IMG/VR virus record: IMGVR_UViG_3300017991_000072
Location: 1-64,000 of that record
Direction: 5' to 3' (one strand)
DNA: 64,000 nt
Source of the DNA: a virus
Position numbers and translations under genes: made by a program. The notes below the pieces were generated by a model. It was given only the letters and a program-made list of their open reading frames with translations. It ran no database searches and was not told the DNA's origin. Shown here piece after piece: positions 63,986 through 64,000 of this stretch. The stretch's first letter is position 1; each line of letters opens with the position of its first letter.

Positions 63986-64000
63986 GATGGGGGTGTTGAT

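Overview
Part of a GC-rich tailed dsDNA bacteriophage genome, probably siphovirus-like. No host genes, integrase or replication enzymes are visible, and both window ends fall inside phage gene arrays. There are three blocks. (1) 1-36,960, minus strand: late/morphogenesis operon with terminase large subunit, portal, scaffold, N4-gp56-type major capsid protein, head-tail connectors, tail genes, a tail-assembly chaperone with a probable -1 frameshift, tape measure and tail-tip/beta-helix proteins. It also carries unusual cargo: a 1,487-aa secreted papain-family peptidase, an alkaline-phosphatase-superfamily enzyme, three extra beta-helix proteins and very basic micro-proteins. (2) 37,080-52,720, plus strand: about 30 mostly small genes (ArdC-like, DUF3768-like, mostly unknown) driven by 12 related sigma70 promoter modules. 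About 22 of these genes share one translation-initiation leader, ACCCCAAACCCCAAGGAGGAC. (3) 52,975-64,000, minus strand: small genes, including an expanded double zinc-finger family. The main candidate new system is in block 2. The phage encodes short terminator-capped RNAs (two with their own promoters at about 42.48 and 42.62 kb, two as 3' ends at 42.39 and 52.13 kb) that are antisense to the shared leader, so they could switch off the whole regulon at once. Each promoter-proximal gene also has a second, in-frame, usually leaderless AUG upstream of the target site. The same region holds NrdR-box-like operators (plus an 11-copy array at 53.87-54.10 kb), an rrn-type boxA, a parS-like site and a repeated TGC-N12-CCGTCCCGGA element. 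The window strongly avoids GCA/TGC- and CGAG/CGAC-containing words. All functional calls come from reading motifs by eye; no database search or folding computation was run.
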